DNA from: Actinomycetota bacterium
GTDB lineage: Bacteria; Actinomycetota; Actinomycetes; Actinomycetales; Microbacteriaceae
Direction: 5' to 3'
Length of the DNA stretch: 64,000 bases
NCBI GenBank assembly: GCA_041191965.1
Contig: JBEENW010000004.1
Coordinates: forward strand, 39,334 to 103,333
Below are positions 20,388 through 30,883 of this stretch, piece after piece. A program made the translations under genes and the position numbers. The first letter of the stretch is position 1, and every line of letters begins with the position of its first letter. The notes below the pieces were generated by a model. That model searched no databases. It was not told where the DNA came from and was given only the letters and a program-made list of their open reading frames with translations.

Positions 20388-21263
20388 ATGTCTCACTTGT
20401 CTAAGATTCGCCGCCGATTTTCGGCCCTAGCGTTGGCTTCCGCAGCAGCTCTAGTGCTCACCGGTTGTTCCCCCGAGCTAGAGCGCGGCTTTTTGCCCGA
20501 TGCCTGGGGAGTTACCAATCACACAGACCGCATCATCCACCTTTGGAACACCTCTTGGATCGTGCTGCTAGCCGTTGGTGCCCTTTCCTGGGGTCTGATG
20601 GCGTGGGCCTTGATTGTCTACCGCCGTCGCAAGGGCGAGACCGGAATGCCTCAGCAGCTTCGCTACAACATGCCGATCGAGACTCTGTTCACTGTCATCC
20701 CGCTCATCATGGTGGTTGGCTTCTATGCGTTTACAGCGCGCGACATGGCAGCCATCGAGGCGAAGACCGAAAACCCAGACGTAGTTATCGAGGTAATCGG
20801 TAAGCAGTGGAGCTGGGACTTCAACTACGTAAACGACAACGTTTACTTCTCAGGAATCCAAGCTCAGTTCACCGGTGATGAAGAGAACGTCATGGAGACT
20901 CTTCCTACTCTCTACCTGCCGGTGGGTAAGACCGTTCAGATTGATTTAACTGCCCGCGATGTCATCCACTCGTTCTGGGTCGTGGACTTCCTATACAAGA
21001 AGGACATGTTCCCAGGGCGGACCAACCACATTTACTTCACCCCGCTCAAGGAGGGCACCTACGTTGGTAAGTGTGCCGAGCTTTGTGGCGAGTACCACTC
21101 CATGATGCTTTTCAACGTCAAGGTAGTTTCTGAGGCCGAGTACGAAGCCCAAATGCAGGCGCTAGCAGCTGCGGGTAATGTGGGTCAGCTGTCGGGCGAG
21201 TACGACAGAAACCAGAATCTTCCTGGTGGCGACCCAAGCAAGAGAACTGATTCAGAGGAATAA
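20388..21263 (+). CDS. ctaC: cytochrome c oxidase (aa3) subunit II, lipoprotein
   Basis: Lipobox LTGC and CuA site [12 protein letters not shown]. Confidence 0.93.
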   Translation: MSHLSKIRRRFSALALASAAALVLTGCSPELERGFLPDAWGVTNHTDRIIHLWNTSWIVLLAVGALSWGLMAWALIVYRRRKGETGMPQQLRYNMPIETLFTVIPLIMVVGFYAFTARDMAAIEAKTENPDVVIEVIGKQWSWDFNYVNDNVYFSGIQAQFTGDEENVMETLPTLYLPVGKTVQIDLTARDVIHSFWVVDFLYKKDMFPGRTNHIYFTPLKEGTYVGKCAELCGEYHSMMLFNVKVVSEAEYEAQMQALAAAGNVGQLSGEYDRNQNLPGGDPSKRTDSEE

Positions 21264-21265
21264 AA

Positions 21266-22954
21266 ATGGCAACGTTAACCGAAACCAGAATCCAGCCAGG
21301 CTCTCTCGCTCCAAAGCGCTCCAAGGGTCAGCTTCTAGTTGACTGGCTGACCACTACTGATCACAAGAAGATCGGCTACCTGTACCTGATCACTTCCTTC
21401 ATCTACTTCCTAATCGGTGGAGTGATGGCTCTGATCATCCGTGCCCAGCTGACCCTGCCAGGCCTCGAAATCGTTGCCTCAAAGGAGCAGTACAACCAGC
21501 TCTTCACCATGCACGGCACGATCATGCTGCTTATGTTTGCAACTCCACTGTTCGCTGGTTTCGCAAACGTTCTGATGCCGGTCCAGATCGGCGCACCTGA
21601 CGTGGCCTTCCCGAGACTGAACGCGATCGCCTACTGGTTCTTCAACTTCGGCTCTTTGATTGCGGTCTCGGGTTTCTTCACCCCTCAGGGTGCTGCTTCC
21701 TTTGGTTGGTTTGCCTACGCGCCACTTTCTAACACCACCTTCTCGCCAGGCATCGGTGGAGACCTATGGGTCTTCGGACTTGCCCTGAGCGGTTTCGGAA
21801 CCATCTTGGGTGGAGTGAACTTCATCACCACCATCATCACGATGCGTGCCCCTGGCATGACCATGTGGAGAATGCCAATCTTCACTTGGAACACCTTGGT
21901 CACTTCAATCTTGATCATCATGTCTTTCCCCCCACTTGCGGCAGCACTGTTTGCACTTGGAGCAGACCGCAAGTTCGGAGCTCACATTTTTGACCCAGAA
22001 AACGGCGGCGCCATGCTTTGGCAGCACCTGTTCTGGTTCTTCGGTCACCCAGAGGTTTACATCATTGCGCTTCCGTTCTTCGGAATCGTGTCTGAGATTT
22101 TCCCAGTCTTTAGCCGCAAGCCAATCTTTGGTTACAAGACTCTTGTCTACGCAACCATTGCCATTGCGGCTCTATCCATGACCGTGTGGGCACACCACAT
22201 GTACGTCACCGGTCAGGTTCTGCTTCCATTCTTTGCCTTCACCACGATGCTGATCGCGGTTCCAACCGGTGTGAAAATCTTCAACTGGATTGGAACTATG
22301 TGGCGAGGCTCGGTCTCGTTTGAGACCCCAATGCTCTGGGCCCTAGGCTTCTTGGTCAGCTTCGTATTCGGTGGTTTGACCGGTGTTATCTTGGCCTCAC
22401 CAGCTTTGGACTTCCACCTCTCAGACAGCTACTTCGTGGTTGCGCACTTCCACTACGTAGTGTTTGGAACCGTGGTGTTCGCAATGTTCGCCGGCTTCTA
22501 CTTCTGGTGGCCAAAGTTCACCGGAAAGATGCTGGATGAGCGTCTTGGAAAGATTCACTTCTGGCTACTGTTCATCGGCTTCCACACCACCTTCTTGATC
22601 CAGCACTGGCTCGGTGTCATGGGTATGCCTCGTCGTTACGCCACCTATCTTCCAGAGGATGGCTTCACCGAGATGAACATCGTTTCCACACTCGGTGCGG
22701 TCATCTTGGCTCTCTCCATGATCCCGTTCCTTTTCAACGTTTGGATCACCGCGCGCAAGGGAACCATGGTTGGCCTGAAGGATCCTTGGGGTTACGGTCG
22801 TTCACTCGAGTGGGCTACCGAGTCTCCATTCCCACGCCACAACTTCCACCAGATTCCTCGCATTCGCTCAGAGTCTCCGGCATTTGACCTGAACCACCCT
22901 GAGTACGCCTCTCCAGAGGCCAAGGCGTCTTACGTCAAGGAGGGCAGAATCTAA
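21266..22954 (+). CDS. ctaD: cytochrome c oxidase subunit I
   Basis: [10 protein letters not shown] and WAHHMYVTG; 12-TM heme-copper oxidase pattern. Confidence 0.98.
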   Translation: MATLTETRIQPGSLAPKRSKGQLLVDWLTTTDHKKIGYLYLITSFIYFLIGGVMALIIRAQLTLPGLEIVASKEQYNQLFTMHGTIMLLMFATPLFAGFANVLMPVQIGAPDVAFPRLNAIAYWFFNFGSLIAVSGFFTPQGAASFGWFAYAPLSNTTFSPGIGGDLWVFGLALSGFGTILGGVNFITTIITMRAPGMTMWRMPIFTWNTLVTSILIIMSFPPLAAALFALGADRKFGAHIFDPENGGAMLWQHLFWFFGHPEVYIIALPFFGIVSEIFPVFSRKPIFGYKTLVYATIAIAALSMTVWAHHMYVTGQVLLPFFAFTTMLIAVPTGVKIFNWIGTMWRGSVSFETPMLWALGFLVSFVFGGLTGVILASPALDFHLSDSYFVVAHFHYVVFGTVVFAMFAGFYFWWPKFTGKMLDERLGKIHFWLLFIGFHTTFLIQHWLGVMGMPRRYATYLPEDGFTEMNIVSTLGAVILALSMIPFLFNVWITARKGTMVGLKDPWGYGRSLEWATESPFPRHNFHQIPRIRSESPAFDLNHPEYASPEAKASYVKEGRI

Positions 22955-23367
22955 TGAAGTCCAATATCGTCATCCTGCTGGTAATGGCGGCGTACTTCAC
23001 GATCGCCGACATCGCTTACGCAATCTGGACTCAGCTCGAGTGGGGCTACGTAGAGCCGATTGGCACTGCTGCAATGGCCCTGCTTGTGATACTGGCGCTG
23101 TTCATTGCCTACTACCTCAACAGCTCCCTGAAGCGCACGGCAACTCTGCCAGAAGACCGTGAAGATGGAAACATCGAAGACGAGTCCGGCGAGGTCGGCT
23201 TCTACAGCCCCTACAGCTGGTGGCCACTGGTTCTCGGCGCCTCTGCAGCGGTTGCATTTGCTTCTCTAGCTGTGGGTTGGTGGATGTTCTTCATTGCACT
23301 GCCTTTCGCCATCATCGCCGTGGTTGGTTTCGTATTCGAATACGACCGCTACGCCCACGCCCACTAG
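22954..23367 (+). CDS. ctaF: actinobacterial cytochrome c oxidase subunit IV
   Basis: 137 aa with four hydrophobic helices. It immediately follows ctaD (TAATG overlap), as CtaF does in Actinobacteria. Confidence 0.8.
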   Translation: MKSNIVILLVMAAYFTIADIAYAIWTQLEWGYVEPIGTAAMALLVILALFIAYYLNSSLKRTATLPEDREDGNIEDESGEVGFYSPYSWWPLVLGASAAVAFASLAVGWWMFFIALPFAIIAVVGFVFEYDRYAHAH

Positions 23368-23370
23368 AAA

Positions 23371-23931
23371 TTGCGACAGCCTCCAGTTCTTCTGGTAATC
23401 GATGTCCAAAAAGGATTTCGAGACCAGGACTACTGGGGGCTTTCTGCTAACCCAGACGTTTACTCAAACGTCGAGTCGCTGCTGAAGCTTTGGAGATCCA
23501 AGTCTTGGCCAGTTGTTCTGGTTCGCCATAATTCTGCGAACCCCAACTCACCACTAGCGCCTGGGGGAGATGGGAACGCGCTTGAGGAATTTCTCTCCGG
23601 TCCAAATGATGCCGTTATCCAAAAGAGCGTGAATAGCGCCTTTTATGGGACTCCAGACCTTCACCTCTGGCTCACCAAGAGAAACCTCAGATCAGTGGTT
23701 ATCTGTGGAATCACAACTAACTACTGCTGCGAGACGACTGCTCGAATGGCTGGGAACCTTGGTTACAAAGTTCAGTTTGCAATCGATGCAACCACCGCCT
23801 TTTCTGTAAAACTAGGCGATCAGGAGTTCACTGGTTCCGCTGTAATGGCAATGACAGCAGCTAATCTCGACGGCGAATTCGCTCAGGTACTAAAAACCTC
23901 AGAGTTGGTTGAGAGTTACCAAAACGCGTAA
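23371..23931 (+). CDS. isochorismatase-family cysteine hydrolase
   Basis: LLVIDVQKGF near the N-terminus and ICGITTNYCCETTAR (catalytic Cys region). Confidence 0.8.
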   Translation: MRQPPVLLVIDVQKGFRDQDYWGLSANPDVYSNVESLLKLWRSKSWPVVLVRHNSANPNSPLAPGGDGNALEEFLSGPNDAVIQKSVNSAFYGTPDLHLWLTKRNLRSVVICGITTNYCCETTARMAGNLGYKVQFAIDATTAFSVKLGDQEFTGSAVMAMTAANLDGEFAQVLKTSELVESYQNA

Positions 23932-24002
23932 CAAACCAGTAGGTTGCGGTGTTATCCTTTTGAACCTGGCGAAGTCCAGATTGATACAAAGTAACTAAAC
24001 AT

Positions 24003-24371
24003 GGGGATGATCGGTTTCGACACTGTAGTGATGCGTGGAGGAAGCGGGTCGAGGATGAGCACTTATCTCGTAAACGATGTGTTCAAACCAATAGGTGCCA
24101 ATACAAAGCGCGCCGACTTCGCCCTAGCTGCTTAAGCTAGCCCCGAAGTCCGTCTGACTAAGTCTGATTTCAACTTAGACCCAGACGTCATTTAGAAATC
24201 TTGCTGAGGGAATGCGTCAAAGGTTCCCTCGGGACTTTGCACTTTGACTGGGCCTGTCGGTGTAGTTGCTTCAGACAAATACCGGGGTCGAGCAGAACGT
24301 AGATTGAAGCTACACCCGTAGAAGCGCCACAAACGTTGCAATGGACGGGGGTTCAATTCCCCCCATCTCCA
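24003..24371 (+). ncRNA. ssrA: transfer-messenger RNA (tmRNA)
   Basis: The 5' GGGGATG pairs with the 3' CATCTCC, including the G3:U pair. The T-arm is GGGGG-TTCAATT-CCCCC. The tag reading frame GCC..TAA (24097-24135) encodes ANTKRADFALAA. Only the first C of the CCA end is templated. Confidence 0.93.
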
Positions 24372-24380
24372 CTTTAGAAA

Positions 24381-24420
24381 ATAGACCTCGAGCCCTCATG
24401 CTCGGGGTCTATTGCTTTTT
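24381..24420 (+). terminator. intrinsic terminator after ssrA
   Basis: A 13-bp stem ATAGACCTCGAGC / GCTCGGGGTCTAT (one G:U pair) followed by TGCTTTTT. Confidence 0.8.
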
Positions 24421-24425
24421 GGCGG

Positions 24426-24431
24426 TAGCCT
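24426..24431 (+). promoter_or_regulatory. candidate -10 hexamer TAGCCT for a leaderless GNAT transcript
   Basis: TAnnnT lies exactly at -12..-7 relative to the A of the ATG at 24438, and there is no SD. Confidence 0.45.
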
Positions 24432-24437
24432 TCAAGA

Positions 24438-24986
24438 ATGATTGAGATTCGAAGACTCACCGTGAATGAATTAGAGCCATATCTTGTGTTCATGGATGGC
24501 CCTGCCTTCAAGTCCCAACCCCAATGGCAAGGATGTTACTGCCAGTTCTACCTAAATACCCGAGAGCAAAATAAGGATCCTGGTGCTCTGGGCGCCGTGA
24601 ATCGAAATAGAGCTTGTGATCGCCTAGTGGATGGCACCATGCAAGGGTATGTAGCTCTCAGCGAGGGCAAGGTAATCGGATGGATGGCGGCGAATAGTTT
24701 CAAAAACTTCGTTGAGTTGCCTGGTGACGAGGAAGACGTAGCGGCAATTATTTGCTTTGTAGTGGAATCGGAATACCAACGTAGGGGAGTGGCCACGAAG
24801 ATGCTCAATTTTGCATTGGCTGACTTGCCAAATCATGGGTATCGTGCGGTGAATGCGGCACCTTTGGCAAGTGGAGAATTCGTGAGCCACGGTTATCGTG
24901 GCCCGAGAAGTATGTTTGAAAAGGCTGGTTTTGAGTCCGGCCCCATGGTCGATGAGAAGCACGTGTTGATGACAAGGTCCCTGTAA
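24438..24986 (+). CDS. GNAT-family N-acetyltransferase
   Basis: Acetyl-CoA binding segment VVESEYQRRGVATKML; 182 aa. Confidence 0.8.
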   Translation: MIEIRRLTVNELEPYLVFMDGPAFKSQPQWQGCYCQFYLNTREQNKDPGALGAVNRNRACDRLVDGTMQGYVALSEGKVIGWMAANSFKNFVELPGDEEDVAAIICFVVESEYQRRGVATKMLNFALADLPNHGYRAVNAAPLASGEFVSHGYRGPRSMFEKAGFESGPMVDEKHVLMTRSL

Positions 24987-25025
24987 AAACTAAACCCCTT
25001 GGATTTTCCAAGGGGTTTAGTTTTT
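24985..25025. terminator. bidirectional intrinsic terminator (GNAT / qcrB)
   Basis: Perfect 19-nt arms AAAAACTAAACCCCTTGGA / TCCAAGGGGTTTAGTTTTT around a TTT loop. A/T tracts on both sides sit between the convergent stops. Confidence 0.85.
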
Positions 25026-25033
25026 GGTTATGT

Positions 25034-26698
25034 CTACTTCTCGGCAGCTGCCACGGCCTTTGGCTTACGCTTTGGCTTTGGAGCCTCCTCGACCGCAGGA
25101 GCGTGCTCAGCGTGAGCGAGCTCGTATTCGGCCTTGGTGACCGGTGCAATGCGGTCTTCGAAGTAAATCTTTGACAGTGCTGAGCGAACTCGAGCTGAAA
25201 TCGAGATCTTGCCATCCTTGTTTGGACGAGGCAGCGTTGGCTGGTAGTCCTTGAAGTCAACTAACTTCCACAGCTCGTACTTGTCCAATGGCTCGTGGAG
25301 CTCGATGTACTCACCGTGAGGCAGGCGGACAACGCGACCAGTTTCGCGACCGTGCAGCACCATCTCGCGGTCCTTGCGCTGAAGTGACAGACAGGTGCGC
25401 TTGGTCACCCAGTATGCAATGACCGGTCCAACCAATAGCAGGATCTGCATGGTGGTTAGCACCTGGTTGAGCGACATCTGGAAGTTGATTGCGATCAAGT
25501 CAGTTGAGGCACCGGCCCAAAGCACTGCGTAGAAGGTAACTCCAGCGGCTCCAATGGCGGTTCTGGTTGGAGCGTTACGTGGACGGTCAAGTACGTGGTG
25601 CTCGCGCTTGTCACCTGTGACCCATGCCTCTAGGAATGGGTAAGCAGCTACTAGAGCAAGGAACACTAGCGAGACAACTAGCGGAACAAGCACGCCGAAT
25701 GGCAACACGTAACCAAACACCGCTACGTCCCAGTTGCTCGGAGCCAAACGAAGTGCACCGTCCAACCAACCGATGTACCAGTCAGGCTGCGTTCCAGCTG
25801 AAACAGGGCTTGGGTCGTATGGACCGTAGTTCCAGATCGGGTTGATGGTGAAGGTCGCAGAGATGGCCATGATCACACCGAAAACCAGGAAGAAGAATCC
25901 ACCTGCCTTGGCAACGTAAACAGGCATCAGAGGGTAACCAACGACGTTGTCGTCACGACGACCAGGGCCTGAGTAGTGGGTGTGCTTGTGGAGCACGACC
26001 ATCATCAGGTGAAGGGCGATGAACAGGATGATTAGTCCAGGAACAATCATGATGTGGAGGCTGTACAGACGCGCCACAATCTCGGTGCCAGGGAACTCGC
26101 CACCGAACAAACCTGAAGAGATCGATGGGCCAATCAAAGGGATGCCCTTGATCATGCCGTCGATGATTCGTAGACCGTTTCCGGATAGTAGGTCATCTGG
26201 CAGGGAGTAGCCGGTGAAGCCCGCAGCCATACCCAAGATGAAGAGCATGAAACCAACGAGCCAGTTCAGCTCACGAGGCTTGCGGAATGCGCCGGTGAAG
26301 AAGACGCGAAGCATGTGCAGGCCGCTGGCTGCAACGAACAGAAGTGCGGCCCAGTGGTGCACCTGACGCATCAGAAGACCACCGCGGATGTCGAAGCTGA
26401 TGTCCAAGCTGGATGCGTAGGCAATCGACATTTCGGCGCCCTTAAGTGGCGCATATGAGCCCTCGTAGTGAACTACCGCCATGGATGGCTGGAAGTAGAA
26501 GGTGAGGAAGGTGCCCGACAGTACGAGAATCACGAAGCTATAGAGAGCTACCTCACCGAGCATGAAGCTCCAGTGGTCTGGGAAGATCTTGCGACCGAAT
26601 CCCTTGACCACGGTGCCGAGACCAACTCGCTCGTCAAGATAGTTCGCAGTTCCAGCTAGGAAACCGCCCTGCTTTTGCTTTGTTGCGTTTGTCATCAT
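25034..26698 (-). CDS. qcrB: cytochrome bc1 complex cytochrome b subunit
   Basis: 554 aa polytopic cytochrome b with the actinobacterial C-terminal extension. It follows qcrA with a one-nt overlap. Confidence 0.95.
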   Translation of the reverse strand: MMTNATKQKQGGFLAGTANYLDERVGLGTVVKGFGRKIFPDHWSFMLGEVALYSFVILVLSGTFLTFYFQPSMAVVHYEGSYAPLKGAEMSIAYASSLDISFDIRGGLLMRQVHHWAALLFVAASGLHMLRVFFTGAFRKPRELNWLVGFMLFILGMAAGFTGYSLPDDLLSGNGLRIIDGMIKGIPLIGPSISSGLFGGEFPGTEIVARLYSLHIMIVPGLIILFIALHLMMVVLHKHTHYSGPGRRDDNVVGYPLMPVYVAKAGGFFFLVFGVIMAISATFTINPIWNYGPYDPSPVSAGTQPDWYIGWLDGALRLAPSNWDVAVFGYVLPFGVLVPLVVSLVFLALVAAYPFLEAWVTGDKREHHVLDRPRNAPTRTAIGAAGVTFYAVLWAGASTDLIAINFQMSLNQVLTTMQILLLVGPVIAYWVTKRTCLSLQRKDREMVLHGRETGRVVRLPHGEYIELHEPLDKYELWKLVDFKDYQPTLPRPNKDGKISISARVRSALSKIYFEDRIAPVTKAEYELAHAEHAPAVEEAPKPKRKPKAVAAAEK

Positions 26699-27720
26699 TA
26701 CTTCCTAATGTCCCAGAACGTTGGGCCAACTGGCTCGAGGAAGTCGCTTTGAGCGACGAGGTAACCCTCAGCGTCAACCGTGATTGGCAACTGGGGGAGA
26801 GGGCGCGATGCCGGACCAAAGATCACCTTGCAGTGATCGGCCAAGTCGAAAGTCGACTGGTGGCAAGGGCATAGCAGGTGGTGTGTGTGCTGCTCGTATA
26901 GAGCCACAGGGCAGCCCACGTGGGTACAAATCTTGGAGTAGGCAACGATACCGTCGTAACTCCAGTCCTTCTTGGCAGGATCCTCTTTTAGCTCTCCAGG
27001 GTTTACACGAACCAAAAGAACTGCCGCCTTGGCCTTCTCGTTTAGCTTGACCTCGTGGTCAAGCTCTTTGAGACCTTCAGGGATGACGTGGAATACCGAA
27101 CCGATAGTGACCTCTGAGGCCTTGATCGGGATGCCTGTTGGGTCCTTGGTGAGGCGGGTTCCCTTCTTCCACATGGTGTGCTTGAGGGTGTCGCCCACAG
27201 TTGGACCAAGGTCTCCGAAGATCACCACAGCAGGGATCGGGAAGAAAGCCAGCGCACCGTAAAGGGTTCTGCGAATCAGCTTGCGACGAGTGAAACCAGA
27301 CTCACCATCCGCAAGCTTGATGATTTCGAGTGCCTGAGCACGGGCTTCGTCAGAGCTTCGAGCAATGTGGCGGTCCTCTGCAACCTCGTGGTCAGGCATA
27401 AGAGTCTTGGCCCAGTGAACGGCTCCAAAACCGATTCCGAGCAGCGAAAGTGCCATGCCAACACCCATCCAGAAGGTGTTGTTTCTGGTGGCGGAGAGGT
27501 CGCCGTCAACAATAGGGAAGGCGAAGAAGCCCCAGATGGCAACGATTGCGCCAACAATCGAAACTAGGAACATGACCGATACGGCACGCTCTGCGTTGCG
27601 AGCAGCCTTCTCGTCCTTGTCAGTCATTCTGACGCGGTGTGGTTCAATGCCCGGGTCCTTGATTGGGCGATCGGCCGTGGTGGCTAGACCCGATTCGTAA
27701 ACTTTCTCGATTTCACTCAT
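26698..27720 (-). CDS. qcrA: cytochrome bc1 complex Rieske iron-sulfur subunit
   Basis: 2Fe-2S ligands CTHVGCPV and CPCHQSTF. I place the start at the ATG at 27720, which has an AGGAGC RBS; the ORF-track start at 27792 would overlap qcrC. Confidence 0.93.
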   Translation of the reverse strand: MSEIEKVYESGLATTADRPIKDPGIEPHRVRMTDKDEKAARNAERAVSVMFLVSIVGAIVAIWGFFAFPIVDGDLSATRNNTFWMGVGMALSLLGIGFGAVHWAKTLMPDHEVAEDRHIARSSDEARAQALEIIKLADGESGFTRRKLIRRTLYGALAFFPIPAVVIFGDLGPTVGDTLKHTMWKKGTRLTKDPTGIPIKASEVTIGSVFHVIPEGLKELDHEVKLNEKAKAAVLLVRVNPGELKEDPAKKDWSYDGIVAYSKICTHVGCPVALYEQHTHHLLCPCHQSTFDLADHCKVIFGPASRPLPQLPITVDAEGYLVAQSDFLEPVGPTFWDIRK

Positions 27721-27728
27721 GAGTGCTC

Positions 27729-28517
27729 CTAGTTCGACTTGGCGCCAAGCCAAACGGTGATCGCGATGATGAAGCCAAGACCGAAGATCCAAACGAATAG
27801 ACCCTCAGCCACAGGACCAATTGAGCCAAGCTCGTAGCCACCAACCGATGGGTTGTTCTCTACGTACTTCAGGTAGGTAATGATGTCCTTCTTGTCCTCT
27901 GGGGTCAGGTTGGCATCGTTGAAAACTGGCATGTTCTGAGGTCCGGTGATCATGGCCTCGTAAATGTGCTTCTCCGAGACGCCCTTCAGCTGTGGAGCCC
28001 ACTTGCCCTCGGTGAGTGCACCGGCAGCACCAACAGCGTTGTGACACATTGCACAGTTGATGCGGAATAGCTCTCCACCTTGGGTTGGGTCTCCATCTGC
28101 TCGGAGGTACTCCTCATCTGGGATGGCAGGGCCAGGTGCTAGGGAAGCCACGTAGGCAGCCATGGCAGCAATCTGCTCCTCAGTGAACTGAACTGGCTTC
28201 TTGTGAAGCTGCGGTCCAGATGCCTGACCAGGCATGCGGCCGGTGCCGACCTGGAAATCTACAGAAGCAGCACCCACACCAATTAGCGATGGGCCACCGA
28301 TAGCGCCCTCACCGTTGGTGCCGTGGCAGCTAGCGCAGTTTGCGAGGAATAGCTTTCTGCCCTCGTCAATCAACTCTGGGCTAGATAGCTCTGCCTGGAC
28401 AGTGCTGGTAGCAGCGGCATAGCCACCACCGGACAACACAAGGCCCAGGAAAATCACAATTCCCGCAGCCCAGGGGCGGCGGCGTAGTGGTTTCTCGTTA
28501 CTCAACTGCTTCTCCAT
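27729..28517 (-). CDS. qcrC: cytochrome bc1 complex diheme cytochrome c subunit
   Basis: Two heme-binding motifs, CASCHG and CAMCHN, plus a C-terminal TM anchor. Confidence 0.93.
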   Translation of the reverse strand: MEKQLSNEKPLRRRPWAAGIVIFLGLVLSGGGYAAATSTVQAELSSPELIDEGRKLFLANCASCHGTNGEGAIGGPSLIGVGAASVDFQVGTGRMPGQASGPQLHKKPVQFTEEQIAAMAAYVASLAPGPAIPDEEYLRADGDPTQGGELFRINCAMCHNAVGAAGALTEGKWAPQLKGVSEKHIYEAMITGPQNMPVFNDANLTPEDKKDIITYLKYVENNPSVGGYELGSIGPVAEGLFVWIFGLGFIIAITVWLGAKSN

Positions 28518-29141
28518 TTATTTCAAGATGTAGACGACCACGAAGAGGCCAATCCACACCACATCTACAAAGTGCCAGTAATAAGAGACAACGATGGCGC
28601 TGGTTGCCTCACGGTGACCGAAGTTTCGGACTGAATAAGCACGTGCAATCACGAGCAAGAATGCGATTAGACCGCCGGTTACGTGCAAAGCGTGGAAACC
28701 GGTGGTGATGTAAAACGCTGAACCATAGGAGTTGGACATCAAGCTGACGCCCTCGGAAACCAACTTTGCGTACTCGTAGCTCTGCCCGGCTACGAAGATT
28801 GCGCCCATGACATACGTGAGGAAGAACCACTCGATCATGCCCCACTTGGCAGGAGAGTTTCCGGTTCTACGAGGCTGAAGGCGCTCTGCCGCAAACACTC
28901 CAAACTGAGCAGTAAAAGAGCTGGCAACCAAAATCAGGGTGTTCACCAACGCGAATGGCACGTCAAGGATTTGAGTGTCGTTGGCCCAAAGTTCTGGAGC
29001 GCCCGCGCGGAGGCTGAAATACATAGCGAAAAGGCCCGCGAAGAACATAACTTCCGAGCCGAGCCAAACGATGGTTCCTACCGAGACCGCGTTTGGTCTG
29101 TTGATTACCGCATTAGACGCGACAGTTGTGGTTGCAGACAT
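28518..29141 (-). CDS. ctaE: cytochrome c oxidase subunit III
   Basis: 207 aa hydrophobic COX3-like protein. It is the first gene of the conserved ctaE-qcrCAB operon. Confidence 0.93.
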   Translation of the reverse strand: MSATTTVASNAVINRPNAVSVGTIVWLGSEVMFFAGLFAMYFSLRAGAPELWANDTQILDVPFALVNTLILVASSFTAQFGVFAAERLQPRRTGNSPAKWGMIEWFFLTYVMGAIFVAGQSYEYAKLVSEGVSLMSNSYGSAFYITTGFHALHVTGGLIAFLLVIARAYSVRNFGHREATSAIVVSYYWHFVDVVWIGLFVVVYILK

Positions 29142-29147
29142 GGCTCT

Positions 29148-29153
29148 AGCCTA
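29148..29153 (-). promoter_or_regulatory. candidate -10 hexamer TAGGCT for a leaderless ctaE-qcrCAB transcript
   Basis: The complement of 29148-29153 reads TAGGCT at -12..-7 of the ATG at 29141, and there is no SD. Confidence 0.45.
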
Positions 29154-29227
29154 ACCCAAAATGGCCCTCTACAGCCGTGTGTTGAACCCGAAAAACAGTA
29201 ATTTTTGGACTCCGAGTAGCTAATTCG

Positions 29228-30301
29228 ATGGGTAAAGTTCTTGGCATGCGAAATTTGTCTTGGCCCGAGGTGCTCTCGTCTTTGTTGGCGGGGGAGGACC
29301 TACCTCGCGAGTCCGCCTCGTGGGCTATGCGACAGATCATGTCGGGGGAGGCAAGTGAGGCCCAAATTGGCGCATTCATGATGGCCCTGCGCTCCAAGGG
29401 GGAGACCGTACACGAGCTCGCAGGTCTAGTCGACGTCATGCTCGACAATGCGGTATTGCTCGACACCGGGGCAGATGCGGTAGACATCGTTGGAACCGGT
29501 GGAGATCTGGTTGGCACTGTCAACGTTAGCTCGATGGCTTCGATCGTTGCAGCCTCAGCCGGAGTCCCGGTTTTGAAGCATGGCAGCCGGTCAGCATCTG
29601 GCAAAACCGGATCGTCGGAGATGCTTGAAGTGCTCGGTATTCGCCTTGACCTAGCGCCTCAGCAAGTAGCCGAGGTATTTCGCCAGGTAGGTATCACATT
29701 TTTCTTCGCGCCAGTGTTTCACCCAGCAATGAGGTTCGTTGCTCCGGTCCGCAAGCAACTCGGTGTTCCAACGACCTTCAATTTCCTTGGACCGCTGGCA
29801 AATCCGGCCCAACCGATTGCAACTGCATTAGGCGTGGCAAATCCTGTGATTGCGCCAAAGATGGCGACGGAACTGGCTCAACGGGGGAGAACTGCCTTGG
29901 TGTTCCGCTCCGAAGATGGCTTAGATGAAATTTCCACCACCTCAAAAAGTCAACTCTGGGTAGTCCGTGATGGTGAGGTGACCGAGCAGATCCTCGACCC
30001 TCAGGAGCTTGGCATTCCTCGGGCAAAACTCGAACAGCTAATCGGCGGGGATGCCAAGCACAATGCCGAGGTAGCCAGGCGACTATTCGCTGGCGAGGAT
30101 TTTGAAAACGCTGAAGCTGTCTTTGACATTGTCACTCTCAACGCAGCCGGCGGCATGGTTGCCTATGAAATTGCAAAAGGTAACCAGGAGCAGGTTTCTG
30201 AGCTGTTCTTCAAAGCTCTTCAAAGCGCCAAGGATGCGATTACATCCGGAGCAGCCAATCGAAAACTGATCAACTGGTCTGCTGCAACCCAGCAGATCTA
30301 A
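29228..30301 (+). CDS. trpD: anthranilate phosphoribosyltransferase
   Basis: DIVGTGGD and KHGSRSASGKTGSSE. An alternative start is the ATG at 29246. Confidence 0.93.
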   Translation: MGKVLGMRNLSWPEVLSSLLAGEDLPRESASWAMRQIMSGEASEAQIGAFMMALRSKGETVHELAGLVDVMLDNAVLLDTGADAVDIVGTGGDLVGTVNVSSMASIVAASAGVPVLKHGSRSASGKTGSSEMLEVLGIRLDLAPQQVAEVFRQVGITFFFAPVFHPAMRFVAPVRKQLGVPTTFNFLGPLANPAQPIATALGVANPVIAPKMATELAQRGRTALVFRSEDGLDEISTTSKSQLWVVRDGEVTEQILDPQELGIPRAKLEQLIGGDAKHNAEVARRLFAGEDFENAEAVFDIVTLNAAGGMVAYEIAKGNQEQVSELFFKALQSAKDAITSGAANRKLINWSAATQQI

Positions 30302-30394
30302 TTCAACTCAGGGCAGGGCAGGAGCGGAGTATTGCGAAATCCTTTAGTTGACATAATGTTTATTATCGGCGTTAGGTGCCTTGATTTGGCGGGA

Positions 30395-30883
30395 CTAGAA
30401 GTGGCTCGAACGCAAGCCCTCTGCAACCAAATCAATTGCGCCCGGCGGTCCGACCCAAAGCTCTTCGCTGAAAATTTCTTCGATTGTCAGCCATCGGTGT
30501 GAGATCGTGTCGCGATGTTCTTCAGGCGTCCAAAGATTTGACTGCGGTTCAAATTCAGTTTCAACCCTGACTGTGAAAAACCAGGCTGTACCAGAGTCAA
30601 ATTCGTGCTTTGACTCAAATTCGAACTGATGCTCTGCCCATGGTCCTGCGACTTGATCTGGCATTAGTTGTAGGCCTGTTTCTTCCAGGATTTCTCTCAG
30701 GATCGCCTGAACCTGATTCTCTCCAGCTTCAATTCCACCTCCTGGGAAGATCCACTGCGGAGGTAGCTCAACTCCTGGATCAAAGCGAGAGTGAAACATC
30801 AGAAAACGCTCACCGGGAGCAACGATGAGCGCTCGAACCGTATCGCGATGCCTAGACTCGGCCATTTTTATCCGCGAGCCCAA
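30395..30883 (-). CDS. NUDIX hydrolase
   Basis: Nudix box GGGIEAGENQVQAILREILEETGL. The start is uncertain; the ATG at 30865 is also possible. Confidence 0.8.
   Translation of the reverse strand: MGSRIKMAESRHRDTVRALIVAPGERFLMFHSRFDPGVELPPQWIFPGGGIEAGENQVQAILREILEETGLQLMPDQVAGPWAEHQFEFESKHEFDSGTAWFFTVRVETEFEPQSNLWTPEEHRDTISHRWLTIEEIFSEELWVGPPGAIDLVAEGLRSSHF

Noticed and set aside
30348-30366. A perfect TTGACA and a TATTAT hexamer in the AT-rich convergent trpD/NUDIX spacer, suggesting a promoter for a small or antisense RNA.
   Set aside because: The two hexamers are only 7 nt apart, so they cannot form one sigma70-type promoter. The best hexamers at 17-18 nt spacing (GTTAGG, TTAGGT) are poor. 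No structured RNA or terminator is visible downstream.
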